64,000 nucleotides of DNA. Source: Escherichia coli. Its GTDB lineage: Bacteria > Pseudomonadota > Gammaproteobacteria > Enterobacterales > Enterobacteriaceae. A program made the position numbers and the translations under genes. Location: NCBI RefSeq assembly GCF_050920415.1, contig NZ_CP169309.1. One strand, given 5' to 3'. Each line of letters opens with the position of its first letter. Within the stretch, counting starts at the first letter, position 1. The notes below the pieces were generated by a model. The model was given only the letters and a program-made list of their open reading frames with translations. It searched no databases and was not told the origin of the DNA. Shown here one piece after another: positions 22,494 through 34,061 of this stretch.

Positions 22494-23957
22494 TTAAAGC
22501 AACACCACGGGCATCCACAGTAAGCCGGTAATCACCAGCAACACGAGGAATATCAGCCCAAAAATTGCACCCAGTCGCCAGTAATCCACCGTTGGCAGAT
22601 AACCACTACCGTAGTAAATCGGACTGGGTCCGGTGGCGTATGGTGTAAGAATGCTCCCCAGACCAATGGCCGCGCCAACCATCAGGCAGAACACGGGAAG
22701 CGGGATTTCCGGCATCGCCAGCGCGGCGGCAATCATCATCGGCGCGAGAGCGGAGGTATACGCCGTGGCGCTGGCAAAGAAGTAGCGTAGCAGATAAAAG
22801 ACCACAATCAACGCCACCATCACCATCGTTGGCGAATAACCGCTTAAGCTGCCTGCTAACAGTTTGCCAAACCAGCTAATAAAACCGGTGTTGTTGAGTC
22901 CGGTAGCGAGGGTGATAAGCGAGGCCAGCCAGAAGAAAACGTTCCACGCCGCTTTATTACTGACAATATCGTCCCAGCAGATAATGCGCAGAAGCAGCAT
23001 CAGTGCCACCACGCTGTAACCGACCATCGCGGCATCGATATAATCACCGCCGAAAATCCACAGCACCAGTGCGCCTACCATCAGCCCCAGCATCCGTTTT
23101 TCACGCGAACAGAGCGGGCCCATTGCCTGCAGTTCCGTCTCTGCCCAGCGTGGCACCTGATCACCAGACTTCAGTACCGGCGGGTACAGCACGTAAGCCA
23201 GCCAGGGAACCAGCAGAACCAGTAAAATGCTGAGCGGCAACATGCCGAGAAACCAGTCGCCCCAACTCAGTGTGGCGTGAGATGCGCTTTTCATCAGGCC
23301 AATTAACAGCAAGTTAGGTGCCATCGCCGTCAGGAAAATGGCGCTGGTCACACAGTCGGCAACAATCCCCATCCACATGATGTACGAGCCAATGCTGCGC
23401 GAACTGCTGTCGTTTGGTTGTGATTGATAGAGCGGTGGCAGGTTACGGATGATGGGATAGATAATCCCCGCACCGCGCGCCGAGTTGGACGGTGTTACAG
23501 GTGCCAGGATCAGCTCGGAGAACATCACCGCATAGCCGAGAAACAGCGTACGATGCCCCATCTTTTTCACCAGAATCAGCGCGATACGTCGCCCCAGCCC
23601 GGTTTTTTCATAGCCTGTGCCAAACATAAAGGCGGCGAAAATCAGCCAGATAACCGAATTAGAAAAACCAGAAACCGCCCAGGAGAGGGATTTGGCGGTG
23701 AACTTAAAACCTGGCTGGGCGAGCTGCTCCGGGCTAAACAGCAGCCACGGCGAGAGAATGGCGATAATGGAGATACCCACCATCGCCACCACGGCACCCG
23801 GCACGGGTTCGAGGATCAGTCCAACGATCACGCCAGTAAAAACGGCAAAGTAGAGCCAGGTATGACTCTCCAGCCCTGCGGGAACCGGAATTAGAGCAAT
23901 AATGGCGATGACCGCCAGCGGCGCAAGGTATCGCCACCATTCAGTGGAAGGTTTCAT
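22494..23957 (-). CDS. ttdT: L-tartrate/succinate antiporter TtdT (DASS family)
   Basis: 487 aa polytopic membrane protein downstream of ttdAB. Confidence 0.88.
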   Translation of the reverse strand: MKPSTEWWRYLAPLAVIAIIALIPVPAGLESHTWLYFAVFTGVIVGLILEPVPGAVVAMVGISIIAILSPWLLFSPEQLAQPGFKFTAKSLSWAVSGFSNSVIWLIFAAFMFGTGYEKTGLGRRIALILVKKMGHRTLFLGYAVMFSELILAPVTPSNSARGAGIIYPIIRNLPPLYQSQPNDSSSRSIGSYIMWMGIVADCVTSAIFLTAMAPNLLLIGLMKSASHATLSWGDWFLGMLPLSILLVLLVPWLAYVLYPPVLKSGDQVPRWAETELQAMGPLCSREKRMLGLMVGALVLWIFGGDYIDAAMVGYSVVALMLLLRIICWDDIVSNKAAWNVFFWLASLITLATGLNNTGFISWFGKLLAGSLSGYSPTMVMVALIVVFYLLRYFFASATAYTSALAPMMIAAALAMPEIPLPVFCLMVGAAIGLGSILTPYATGPSPIYYGSGYLPTVDYWRLGAIFGLIFLVLLVITGLLWMPVVLL

Positions 23958-24005
23958 CGTGTTATGCCTGCGAAAAAGGAGAGGGGGTGAGCCTCTCCGG
24001 GAGGG

Positions 24006-24611
24006 TTATTTGATGTAGTGGACGTGCTCGCAAATCTCTTCCACGATGGGATCGCGGCGTTCGGCGAACAGCTTTTTGTTTTCGGCTATCAGGTTGTTGC
24101 CGTGGGTATCAATAGAGACAATCAGCGGACCGAACTCTTTGACCCGGCAGACCCACAGCGACTCCGGCATCCCGAGTTCTGTCCAGTGCACCTCTTCAAT
24201 CTCTTCCACCTGGGTTGCCGCCAGTACTGCGCAGCCTGCCGGGAAAATCACATGCAGCGCCTTGAATTTCTGGCAGCCTTCTTCGGTCAGCGGCCCCATT
24301 CCGCCTTTGCCGACCACCAGTTTCACGCCGGTCTGTTCGATAAATTCACGTTCAAAACTTTCCATACGCATACTGGTTGTCGGGCCGACGGATACCATCT
24401 CCCATTTGTCGCCGTTTTTGCGCACGATGGGGCCAGCGTGGAAAATCGCTTTGCCGTTGAGATCGTAAGGGATCGGACGTTTGAGTTCGATCAAGCGACG
24501 GTGACAAACGTCACGGCAGGTTACCAGCGTACCGGTCAGGTAGATCACATCGCCGACGCGAATATCTTGCAGATCTTCAGCTTTGATCGGGGTTGTCAGG
24601 ATCTTTTTCAT
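24006..24611 (-). CDS. ttdB: L(+)-tartrate dehydratase beta subunit TtdB
   Basis: 201 aa, fumarate hydratase class I C-terminal-like; overlaps ttdA stop. Confidence 0.9.
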
Positions 24612-25519
24612 AACGCGCTCCGGGTGTGAGACAGATTTTCAAAGGTGAGATCGGCATGAACCAGCAGTGTGCCGCGACGATGCGCCCAGCAGCCGGTAGA
24701 AACAGCAACGCCGATGGTTGACGGATGGCGGGCGGCAGATTCGATATGTACGCCCATCACTGAACTGTTGCCAGTCAGCCCCTGTGGACCAATCCCCAGA
24801 CGGTTGAGTCCTTCTTCCAGGCGTAGTTCCAGCTCTGCCGCTTTTGGATTGGGATGGCGGCTGCCAATCGGGCGCAAAATGGCTTTACGTGAGAGCACAG
24901 CGGCGGTTTCCACCGAGGTGGCGATGCCCACGCCTACCAGTACCGGTGGACAGGCGTTTACGGCGAGGGTGGAGATATTTTCGAAGACGAATTTCACTAC
25001 GCCTTCGTAGCCTTCCGACGGCATTAACACTTTCGAACGACCAGGCAACGTGCAGCCGCCGCCTGCCATGTAAACTTCGATTTCCGCATCGTCACCGTCG
25101 GGGACGATATCCCAGGTGACCCACGGTACGCCGCTGCCGGTATTTTTGCCGGTGTTCACTTCGTCAAAAATTTCTACCGCATTGTGACGCAGTGGCGCTT
25201 TGACGGTTGCCTCTTCCACGGCTTGCTTAAGAATGCTTTGCAGCTCGCCAAGCAGTGGGAAACGGGAACCGACCTTAACAAAAAACATGATTTCGCCGGT
25301 GTCCTGACAGGCAGGACGATTCAGGTCGATTGCTTTTTGCATGTTGTCGAACATCGTGTGGTAGATGATTTTCCCCATCGACGACGTTTCGGCATCCTTT
25401 AGCTGTTTTAGTTTGTCCACCACGTCATCGGGCATTCGGGTAGAAATCATGGCGGTAAAGTTAGCGACAATCTCCGTCAACTTATTCACTGCCTGTTGCT
25501 TATTACTTTCGCTCATCAT
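24608..25519 (-). CDS. ttdA: L(+)-tartrate dehydratase alpha subunit TtdA
   Basis: 303 aa, Fe-S hydro-lyase alpha-like. Confidence 0.9.
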
Positions 25520-25725
25520 GGCAACTCCAGTTTATGTATTTGTCTGGAAAAATTCACCGCCACAAACTACCACTAAAAATGTGGTTTTATATTTTTTGCC
25601 GCCGTGAATATGTAATTCACAGTTCGTGAATCAACGCGAAAATAAGAATGAATATTGCGCCAGAGCAGGGAATGGCAATGTTTTGCGAAATACACTGCGC
25701 TTATCACAACTGCGGATAATTAACG

Positions 25726-26658
25726 ATGCTGAATAGCTGGCCTTTAGCCAAAGATTTGCAGGTACTGGTAGAAATCGTCCACAGCGGGAGTTTTAGTGCT
25801 GCAGCGGCGACGCTTGGGCAAACGCCTGCATTTGTCACCAAGCGGATCCAAATCCTTGAAAATACGCTGGCAACAACGCTGCTGAACCGCTCCGCCCGCG
25901 GCGTGGCGCTGACTGAAAGTGGCCAACGTTGTTACGAGCATGCGCTGGAAATCCTCACCCAATATCAGCGACTGGTCGATGACGTCACGCAAATCAAAAC
26001 GCGCCCGGAGGGGATGATTCGTATTGGCTGTAGTTTTGGTTTTGGGCGCAGCCATATTGCGCCAGCTATTACCGAACTGATGCGCAATTATCCTGAGTTA
26101 CAGGTGCATTTTGAATTGTTCGATCGGCAAATTGATTTAGTGCAGGATAATATTGATCTGGATATTCGTATTAATGACGAAATTCCTGATTATTATATTG
26201 CGCATCTTTTGACAAAAAATAAACGAATATTATGTGCAGCACCTGAGTATCTGCAAAAATATCCGCAGCCACTATCCTTGCAGGAATTAAGTCGTCATGA
26301 CTGTCTTGTGACCAAAGAGCGTGATATGACCCACGGAATATGGGAGTTGGGGAACGGTCAGGAGAAAAAATCGGTGAAGGTAAGCGGGCACCTTTCCTCC
26401 AATAGCGGCGAGATTGTGCTGCAATGGGCGCTGGAAGGAAAAGGAATTATGCTGCGTTCTGAGTGGGATGTTTTACCGTTTCTGGAGAGTGGCAAACTGG
26501 TGCGAGTATTGCCGGAGTATGCACAAAGCGCCAATATCTGGGCTGTTTACCGGGAGCCGCTCTATCGCAGCATGAAATTACGTGTCTGCGTGGAATTTCT
26601 GGCGGCATGGTGCCAGCAGCGGCTAGGCAAGCCCGACGAAGGCTATCAGGTTATGTAG
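25726..26658 (+). CDS. ttdR: LysR-family transcriptional activator TtdR
   Basis: 310 aa with N-terminal LysR HTH; divergent from ttdA. Confidence 0.9.
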   Translation: MLNSWPLAKDLQVLVEIVHSGSFSAAAATLGQTPAFVTKRIQILENTLATTLLNRSARGVALTESGQRCYEHALEILTQYQRLVDDVTQIKTRPEGMIRIGCSFGFGRSHIAPAITELMRNYPELQVHFELFDRQIDLVQDNIDLDIRINDEIPDYYIAHLLTKNKRILCAAPEYLQKYPQPLSLQELSRHDCLVTKERDMTHGIWELGNGQEKKSVKVSGHLSSNSGEIVLQWALEGKGIMLRSEWDVLPFLESGKLVRVLPEYAQSANIWAVYREPLYRSMKLRVCVEFLAAWCQQRLGKPDEGYQVM

Positions 26659-26670
26659 ACTCGCGAAAAA

Positions 26671-27288
26671 TCACTCAGGATCCTTTTCGCGCTTTCTTTT
26701 GAATTTCGTCCAGATTTTTGTCTCCTGACGACGCCACAGACGCTGGATGTTGTCATGATGGCGCAGCAGGATCAGGCATGAGAGCATCGAAACCGGGAAG
26801 GTGAATTGTGGCTTAAACCACCAGACGTAAAATGGAGCAATCAGTGCGCTGACAATCGCTCCCAGCGACGAGTATCCGCTCAATAGCACGGTCAGTAACC
26901 AGGTTCCCGCCATTACTCCGGTGAGATCCCAGCCAATTGGTGCGATGGCACCAAAAGCGGTAGCAACGCCTTTTCCTCCTTTAAAACCGAAGAAAACGGG
27001 CCAGATGTGTCCAAGGCAGGCGGCGATGGCAATTAAGCCTAGCCAGAAGGGGCTGACACCTAATTCATACGCGCCCCAGACGGGCAACATTCCTTTCAGA
27101 ACGTCGAAAATCAGTACTGCTACGGCTGCTCCCTTGCCACCGATACGTAACACATTGGTTGCGCCAGGATTACCGGAGCCGCTGGTTCGCGGATCGGGCA
27201 GCCCACACAAGCGGCAAACCAGAATGGCACTGGAAATGGAGCCGCAGAGGTACGCGATGAGGATCATTCCAGGCGCGATTGCACTCAT
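26671..27288 (-). CDS. plsY: glycerol-3-phosphate acyltransferase PlsY
   Basis: 205 aa membrane protein [24 protein letters not shown]... Confidence 0.9.
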
Positions 27289-27392
27289 AAGCTGTTCCGT
27301 TTTGAAAATTCGTGTTCAACGATGAATCTGTGGATAATACGCACATTTCGCCGGAAGTGGTATCCGGTTAGCCAAAAAGCAGGCAGGACGTG

Positions 27393-27761
27393 ATGGATAT
27401 TGTATTTATAGAGCAACTTTCGGTAATCACCACTATTGGTGTTTACGACTGGGAACAGACCATCGAACAGAAGTTAGTGTTCGATATCGAAATGGCGTGG
27501 GATAACCGTAAAGCGGCGAAAAGTGATGATGTGGCGGATTGCCTCAGTTACGCTGACATTGCAGAAACGGTAGTCAGCCACGTCGAGGGCGCGCGTTTTG
27601 CGCTGGTGGAACGTGTGGCGGAAGAGGTGGCGGAGCTGCTGTTAGCACGCTTCAACTCGCCGTGGGTGCGTATCAAACTCAGCAAGCCAGGCGCAGTGGC
27701 GCGGGCGGCGAATGTTGGCGTCATCATTGAGCGTGGCAATAATCTGAAAGAAAATAATTAA
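27393..27761 (+). CDS. folB: dihydroneopterin aldolase FolB
   Basis: MDIVFIEQLSVITTIGVYDWEQTIEQKLVFDIEMAWD...; ORF track starts one codon earlier (27390). Confidence 0.92.
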   Translation: MDIVFIEQLSVITTIGVYDWEQTIEQKLVFDIEMAWDNRKAAKSDDVADCLSYADIAETVVSHVEGARFALVERVAEEVAELLLARFNSPWVRIKLSKPGAVARAANVGVIIERGNNLKENN

Positions 27762-27851
27762 TTTTACAGCTGTTAAACCAAACGGTTATAACCTGGTCAT
27801 ACTGCAGTAGTTTGGACAAGCGTTACATTTTTATAATTTAGGGGTTTATTG

Positions 27852-28673
27852 ATGAGCGATATGCACTCGCTGCTGATAGCGGCAATATTGGGTGTGGTCG
27901 AAGGATTGACAGAATTTCTGCCGGTATCCAGCACGGGCCATATGATTATTGTCGGTCACTTGTTGGGATTTGAGGGCGACACGGCGAAAACCTTTGAAGT
28001 CGTGATCCAGTTAGGATCAATTCTGGCGGTAGTAGTGATGTTCTGGCGGCGTCTGTTTGGCCTGATTGGCATTCACTTTGGTCGTCCGCTGCAACACGAA
28101 GGAGAAAGCAAAGGCCGTTTAACGCTGATCCACATTCTGCTTGGCATGATCCCAGCGGTAGTACTGGGGCTGTTGTTCCACGACACGATTAAGTCGTTGT
28201 TTAATCCAATAAATGTGATGTATGCGCTGGTCGTTGGCGGTCTGTTGCTGATTGCCGCCGAATGCCTGAAACCAAAAGAACCGCGTGCGCCGGGTCTCGA
28301 TGATATGACCTATCGTCAGGCGTTTATGATTGGCTGCTTCCAGTGTCTGGCGCTGTGGCCGGGTTTTTCACGCTCCGGGGCGACCATATCTGGCGGGATG
28401 CTGATGGGCGTGAGCCGTTACGCGGCTTCCGAGTTCTCGTTCCTGCTGGCGGTGCCGATGATGATGGGCGCAACGGCGCTCGATCTCTACAAAAGCTGGG
28501 GCTTCCTGACAACCGGCGATATCCCGATGTTTGCCGTTGGGTTTATCACCGCTTTTGTGGTGGCGCTGATAGCGATTAAAACCTTCCTGCAATTGATTAA
28601 GCGCATTTCGTTTATACCGTTCGCCATTTATCGCTTTATTGTGGCGGCTGCGGTGTATGTTGTGTTCTTTTGA
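27852..28673 (+). CDS. uppP: undecaprenyl-diphosphatase UppP (BacA)
   Basis: [30 protein letters not shown]..., polytopic membrane protein; ORF track starts one codon earlier. Confidence 0.92.
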
Positions 28674-28689
28674 TTGAGGAATAGTGTCG

Positions 28690-28730
28690 GATATGACGCT
28701 TGTGCGTCTTATCCGACCTGGCCGGTGTTT
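28690..28730. repeat. REP-like palindromic unit between uppP and cca
   Basis: gtcggatatgacgcttgtgcgtcttatccgacctggccgg. Confidence 0.6.
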
Positions 28731-28753
28731 GCAATAAATTGAAATTCAAGTGC

Positions 28754-29992
28754 TTAATCAGGCTTTGGACAACGTTGTTCCTTCCAGCTGGCTACCGCCG
28801 CAATCCGCCGTCGGGTCAGCTCCTCGCGAATCTCCACACCTTTAAATCCCGCTTCAACGACGTCTTTTGTCGGCACTGACTGCGCCACTTCCCAGGCTTC
28901 GCGCAACCAGCGGCCTTGCGGGTAGTCCACCGATTCAAAACCGGTTCTGCCACGCACGTCAGCCTCGCTGGTCAACGCCAGTTGCTCGACACGCTGCGGT
29001 TTACGCCAGGCGTCGATGGAATCAAATAATTTGACGATGGTTTTTGGGTTCAGCATTGGGAAGGTATGGATGAGATCGTGAAACTCAGCCACCAGTCTGG
29101 CTAAATCGCGAATTTCATTTGGCACGCGCAGACGCTGGCATAGTTGTTCCACTAATTTCACACCCGCCGGGCCGTGACCATGATGACGCGGCCAAAGTTC
29201 TGGCGGCGTCAGGCCTTTACCGAGATCGTGGCATAACGTTGCGAAACGGACATCGACCTGCGGACTCAGCATTGCCGCCATGGAGAGCGTCATTAAGGTG
29301 TGAATACCGGTGTCGATTTCCGGATGCCACTTGGCGGGGGCCGGAACGCCAAACAGGGCGTCAATTTCCGGGAATAGAACGCGCAGGGCGCCGCAATCGC
29401 GCAGCACCTGGAAGAACACTTGTGGATTGCGGGTGGTGAGGGCACTTTCCGTCTCTTTCCACACCCGTTCAGGCGTCAGGTGTTCCAGTTCACCCGCGTG
29501 AGTCATCTCGCGCATTAGCGCCAGAGTTTCATCAGCAATACGAAAACCGAGGTGGGCATAACGTGCAGCAAAACGCGCCACGCGCAGTACACGTAACGGA
29601 TCTTCGCCAAAAGCGGGGGAAACATGGCGCAACAGACGATTTTGCAGATCGCCCAGACCGTTGTACGGGTCGATAATCTCGCCGTTATCGTCCTGGGCCA
29701 GCGCATTAATGGTCAGATCGCGCCGCTTAAGATCATCTTCCAGCGTGACATCCGGTGCGGCATAGCAGGTAAAACCGGTGTAACCGGAACCGGATTTCCG
29801 TTCGGTACGTGCCAGCGCATACTCTTCATGCGTTTGCGGATGCAGAAAAACAGGAAAATCGCGGCCTACCTGCTGGTAGCCCGCGTCGAGCATCTCCTGT
29901 GGCGTACTACCGACTACCACCCAATCTCTGTCTTTGACCGGTAGCCCTAACAATGCATCCCGAACAGCACCACCGACCAGATAAATCTTCAC
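28754..29992 (-). CDS. cca: tRNA CCA-adding nucleotidyltransferase / HD-domain phosphohydrolase Cca
   Basis: 412 aa [28 protein letters not shown]... plus HD domain. Confidence 0.95.
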   Translation of the reverse strand: MKIYLVGGAVRDALLGLPVKDRDWVVVGSTPQEMLDAGYQQVGRDFPVFLHPQTHEEYALARTERKSGSGYTGFTCYAAPDVTLEDDLKRRDLTINALAQDDNGEIIDPYNGLGDLQNRLLRHVSPAFGEDPLRVLRVARFAARYAHLGFRIADETLALMREMTHAGELEHLTPERVWKETESALTTRNPQVFFQVLRDCGALRVLFPEIDALFGVPAPAKWHPEIDTGIHTLMTLSMAAMLSPQVDVRFATLCHDLGKGLTPPELWPRHHGHGPAGVKLVEQLCQRLRVPNEIRDLARLVAEFHDLIHTFPMLNPKTIVKLFDSIDAWRKPQRVEQLALTSEADVRGRTGFESVDYPQGRWLREAWEVAQSVPTKDVVEAGFKGVEIREELTRRRIAAVASWKEQRCPKPD

Positions 29993-30055
29993 GCCATCAT
30001 CCCTTCGTCAAATACACAATTCCTAATAATAAGACAGTGCAACGAAGAAGGCGAT

Positions 30056-30676
30056 TTAGTTCATCCAGCGATCTTTACGTTTGCGCGTTGGGATCAGGTG
30101 CGGCAGTACCAGACCGAGCAGCAAGCCAAGCCCCAGCACGCCGCCACCATACATAAACCACTGCATGATGATGGTGCGCTGTTTGTCATCCAGCTGCACG
30201 CTGGCGGCATCGACCTTTTTCTGCGCGACAATCAGCTCGTTTTTCAGTTTCTGATTTTCTTCTTTTAACCCGTTGATCACGCTGTCGCTCTGCGCCACTT
30301 TTTGCTGCATTTCTGCGGTGCGCTGATTCCAGGTGTTATCGATATTGGTGAGCTTATCGGTCAGGGTTTTGACCTGATTTTCCAGATCTGGCACACGGGA
30401 GCGCAGGCTTGGCTCTGTGCTAAGTTGTTTCAACGGGATCCAGGCGGTACGGCCAGAGCTGTCTTTCACCTGGGCATAATTGGTGTTGGCGTCAGTTTGT
30501 AATAAGGTCACTTCCTCGCCGGCGTTAACCGTGCCCACGAGGCGATAATGGTCTCCCGGACCGCTACGGACCCAGGTATTCAGTTCGTCGGAAACATAGC
30601 GCGTTTCTTCAGCGTGTGAGACGGCAGTCGCGCTAAGTGCGAGTAAAGTTAATCCGATCAGGCGTAATTTTGGCAT
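30056..30676 (-). CDS. ygiM: SH3-domain membrane protein YgiM
   Basis: 206 aa; signal peptide, SH3b-like region, coiled-coil, C-terminal TM anchor. Confidence 0.85.
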   Translation of the reverse strand: MPKLRLIGLTLLALSATAVSHAEETRYVSDELNTWVRSGPGDHYRLVGTVNAGEEVTLLQTDANTNYAQVKDSSGRTAWIPLKQLSTEPSLRSRVPDLENQVKTLTDKLTNIDNTWNQRTAEMQQKVAQSDSVINGLKEENQKLKNELIVAQKKVDAASVQLDDKQRTIIMQWFMYGGGVLGLGLLLGLVLPHLIPTRKRKDRWMN

Positions 30677-31018
30677 CAGGCTGTCGTTATTGTCATGGAA
30701 AGTGGAACGATAGTAGTGGCATCAGTGTCGCTACGCAAAGCATTCGACATCAATCGGAATCCTCTGTGTCAGGTCTTGCCACTGCTTCAAACTTTTACGC
30801 CCGTCAAATTGCCCGTTGCATGGCAATTTGGCGCAAAATACTATCTACTGACAAAAAAGATCGCATTAAGTTCGCCGTTCATCGTCACTTATGTGACATA
30901 ACCGATAAGTAAAGGCCTTGACATCCTCCCCCACCTTCGCGCAAAGCGACTCAGGAGGGGGATTCCCTTGTCAGGGTAGCAATACGTTGCCGCATTGCCC
31001 GGTTCCTCGCTCGACGGC

Positions 31019-32224
31019 TTACGCCGCCTTACGGGCGCGTCCTTTACGGACTGACGGCAATATTTGTCCTGCCGCCATGACTTCAAAACCTGCTGTTAAT
31101 ATATTTCGAGCGCCGTTTACATCGGCGTTTGCCGTATAGCCGCACGCGGTACAGATAAAGCTCGCCTGCGCCCTGTGGTTATTTTTCGATGTATGCCCAC
31201 AACATGCGCATTTCTGACTGGTGTACGCCGGATTAATCGCCAGCACATCACCGCCGCGCCATGCCTGCTTATATTCGAGCTGGCGGCGCATTTCTGCCCA
31301 GCCCTGATCCAGTATCGCCCGGTTAAGACCTGATTTTGCCGCGACGTTGCGCCCCGGCTGGTCTACCGTACCCGCTGCTGATTTTGACATGTTCGAAACC
31401 TTTAAATCCTCAATGACTATCATCGCGTGGTTTTTGCTGATCGTCGTCGTGGTTTTATGAAGGTAATCGCGGCGGATGTTTGCGATATGAGAGTGGAAAC
31501 GGGAAATCTTCGCTTTCTGCTTTTTCCAGTTGGCGGAGAATTTAACCTTCCGGGCCAGATGGCGCTGTAAGCGAGCCAGCTTATCCTGATTTTTTTTAAA
31601 GCTGTTTACCGGTTTAAAGACCGTGCCGTCTGAAAGTGTTGCCAGCTTCGTTATACCTGCATCCAGGCCTATTGCGCTGGTCGATGCGTGAATCGGATCG
31701 GTAACAGCTAATTCGACCTGAAAAGACACATACCAGTGTCCGGCATGCTGGCTGATGGTGCAATTTTTAATGACGCCTTCAATCTTCCGGGACTGACGAA
31801 ATTTAACCCAGCCCAGTCCTGACGGGAGTTTCACACGGCCATAATCCAGCCCACAATATTTGCTGAAATTGACGAACCGAATAGAGTCGCAGCCTTTGGT
31901 TTTCTTTTTGAAAACGGGCTTTTCAGCCGTCAGGGATTTATCAAAACAGCGATCCCATGCGCTCCGCAGGTCTTTCAGTTTCTGCTGGAGGTTGTCAGTG
32001 TAACCCTCAGCAAGAAAGGCCAGCTCAGGGAGTTTTTTCCAGCCCGTAAGTCGTTTATTCAGGTCGAAAGCTGACGGAATTTTTCCGCCCGCGTCATGAA
32101 TGCTCAGTGTTTCATTCAGTGCATAGTTCCAGACAAAGCGAGCGCAACCGCACAACTGACGCAACCTTTGCGCCTGCTGGTCAGTGGGGTAGAGCCTGTA
32201 TTTATATGCTTTCTGGATTAACAT
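31019..32224 (-). CDS. tnpB: TnpB (OrfB_IS605) RuvC-like putative RNA-guided endonuclease
   Basis: 401 aa; MLIQKAYKYRLYPT N-terminus; RuvC-I IGLDAGITK (Asp), RuvC-II IVIEDLKV (Glu), C-terminal zinc ribbon CACCGH..CTACGY followed by ADVNGARNI (Asp). Confidence 0.9.
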   Translation of the reverse strand: MLIQKAYKYRLYPTDQQAQRLRQLCGCARFVWNYALNETLSIHDAGGKIPSAFDLNKRLTGWKKLPELAFLAEGYTDNLQQKLKDLRSAWDRCFDKSLTAEKPVFKKKTKGCDSIRFVNFSKYCGLDYGRVKLPSGLGWVKFRQSRKIEGVIKNCTISQHAGHWYVSFQVELAVTDPIHASTSAIGLDAGITKLATLSDGTVFKPVNSFKKNQDKLARLQRHLARKVKFSANWKKQKAKISRFHSHIANIRRDYLHKTTTTISKNHAMIVIEDLKVSNMSKSAAGTVDQPGRNVAAKSGLNRAILDQGWAEMRRQLEYKQAWRGGDVLAINPAYTSQKCACCGHTSKNNHRAQASFICTACGYTANADVNGARNILTAGFEVMAAGQILPSVRKGRARKAA

Positions 32225-32236
32225 TTTGCATTCAGT

Positions 32237-32689
32237 ATGTGGTTATTTAGAATGTACAATATATCCACATTTTTTTGGGAGGATCAATACGTGTGCGAAA
32301 TCAATCGTTCACGCTATTCAGCTTACCTGTTGCATGTTCACGTTGTTTTTATGACAAAATACCGCCGTCCAGTTTTTGGTGAATTGCATCATGCAAACAT
32401 GCGTCAGTATGTAGCGGAGGTATGCGCGGACTTTGGCGCCGAGTTAAAGGAATGTGACGGCGAGGCAGATCATGTTCACATGCTGATTGAATACCCACCG
32501 TTGGTGCAACTCACAAAGCTGGTAAACAGCCTTAAGTCCGTTACCAGTAGGCGGCTGCGGAATGATTTTATTGATTTGCGCGCCGCGTATTCAAAGCCCG
32601 TACTCTGGTCACGCTCTTATTTCATCGGTTCATGTGGTGGAGCACCGCTGGAAGTTGTGAAAAAGTATATTCAGAATCAGCGTGGCTGA
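32237..32689 (+). CDS. tnpA: IS200/IS605 TnpA, Y1 HUH single-strand transposase
   Basis: 150 aa; HUH motif DHVHMLIEYP and catalytic Tyr region LWSRSYFIGSCGGAPLEVVKKYIQNQ, closely resembling IS608 TnpA; exact start codon uncertain. Confidence 0.88.
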   Translation: MWLFRMYNISTFFWEDQYVCEINRSRYSAYLLHVHVVFMTKYRRPVFGELHHANMRQYVAEVCADFGAELKECDGEADHVHMLIEYPPLVQLTKLVNSLKSVTSRRLRNDFIDLRAAYSKPVLWSRSYFIGSCGGAPLEVVKKYIQNQRG

Positions 32690-32759
32690 TAAACTGCGGG
32701 CTTAACAGCCCAAATTCCCCTCCCGCCTACGTTGGGGGGGAGTACCCAGTGGAGGAAGG

Positions 32760-34061
32760 ATGGCTCAGGAAATCGAATTAAAGTTTATTGTTAATCACAG
32801 TGCCGTTGAGGCGTTGCGTGACCATCTCAATACGCTGGGCGGCGAGCACCATGACCCCGTGCAGTTGCTGAATATTTACTACGAAACGCTGGATAACTGG
32901 CTGCGTGGGCACGACATGGGCTTACGTATCCGTGGCGAAAACGGTCGCTATGAGATGACCATGAAAGTTGCAGGAAGAGTGACAGGCGGCTTACACCAGC
33001 GCCCGGAATATAACGTGGCGTTGAGCGAACCGACGCTCGACCTGGCGCAGTTACCGACGGAAGTCTGGCCGAACGGTGAGTTACCAGCCGATCTCGCGTC
33101 CCGCGTGAAGCCACTGTTCAGCACCGATTTTTATCGCGAAAAATGGTTGGTGGAGGTCGATGGCAGCAGCATTGAAATCGCTCTCGATCAGGGCGAGGTG
33201 AAAGCGGGTGAATTTGCTGAGCCTATCTGCGAGCTGGAACTGGAGTTGCTTAGCGGCGATACGCGCGCGGTACTGAAACTGGCGAACCAACTGGTATCGC
33301 AAACCGGATTACGTCAGGGCAGCCTGAGCAAAGCCGCGCGCGGCTATAATCTGGCGCAGGGCAATCCCGCGCGTGAAATCAAACCGACCACCATTTTGCA
33401 TGTTGCGGCAAAAGCTGATGTGGAACAGGGGCTGGAAGCGGCGCTCGAGCTGGCGTTAGCGCAATGGCAGTATCATGAAGAACTGTGGGTACGTGGCAAC
33501 GATACGGCGAAAGAGCAGGTGCTGGCAGCCATCGGTCTGGTCCGTCATACGCTGATGCTGTTCGGCGGTATTGTGCCGCGTAAAGCGAGCACTCACTTAC
33601 GTGATTTGCTGACTCAATGCGAAGCGACCATCGCTTCAGCGGTGTCTGCCGTAACGGCGGTCTACTCTACCGAAACGGCGATGGCGAAGCTGGCGTTGAC
33701 CGAATGGCTGGTAAGCAAAGCCTGGCAGCCGTTTTTAGATGCCAAAGCGCAGGGCAAAATCAGCGATTCTTTCAAACGCTTTGCCGATATCCATCTTTCC
33801 CGCCATGCCGCTGAACTGAAAAGCGTTTTCTGCCAGCCATTAGGCGATCGCTACCGTGACCAATTGCCGCGCCTGACGCGTGACATTGACTCAATATTGT
33901 TGCTGGCGGGTTACTACGATCCTCTCGTCGCGCAAGCCTGGCTGGAGAACTGGCAGGGACTGCGTCATGCCATTGCGACCGGGCAACGCATTGAAATTGA
34001 ACATTTCCGTAATGAGGCAAACAATCAGGAACCGTTCTGGTTGCACAGCGGAAAACGTTAA
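32760..34061 (+). CDS. ygiF: inorganic triphosphatase YgiF (CYTH + CHAD domains)
   Basis: 433 aa [24 protein letters not shown]... typical CYTH N-terminus. Confidence 0.9.
   Translation: MAQEIELKFIVNHSAVEALRDHLNTLGGEHHDPVQLLNIYYETLDNWLRGHDMGLRIRGENGRYEMTMKVAGRVTGGLHQRPEYNVALSEPTLDLAQLPTEVWPNGELPADLASRVKPLFSTDFYREKWLVEVDGSSIEIALDQGEVKAGEFAEPICELELELLSGDTRAVLKLANQLVSQTGLRQGSLSKAARGYNLAQGNPAREIKPTTILHVAAKADVEQGLEAALELALAQWQYHEELWVRGNDTAKEQVLAAIGLVRHTLMLFGGIVPRKASTHLRDLLTQCEATIASAVSAVTAVYSTETAMAKLALTEWLVSKAWQPFLDAKAQGKISDSFKRFADIHLSRHAAELKSVFCQPLGDRYRDQLPRLTRDIDSILLLAGYYDPLVAQAWLENWQGLRHAIATGQRIEIEHFRNEANNQEPFWLHSGKR

Larger units (their letters stand above)
30915..32755 (-). mobile_element. IS200/IS605-family insertion sequence (IS605/IS608-like; divergent tnpA and tnpB), boundaries approximate
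   Basis: Y1 HUH transposase plus TnpB in divergent arrangement; related imperfect palindromes near both ends (30924-30962 and 32720-32748); I do not recall an IS at this position in K-12. Confidence 0.75.

Noticed and set aside
32827-33302. 95-aa and 73-aa minus-strand ORFs next to the IS element
   Set aside because: They are antisense within ygiF coding sequence and are not part of the IS; no supporting signals.
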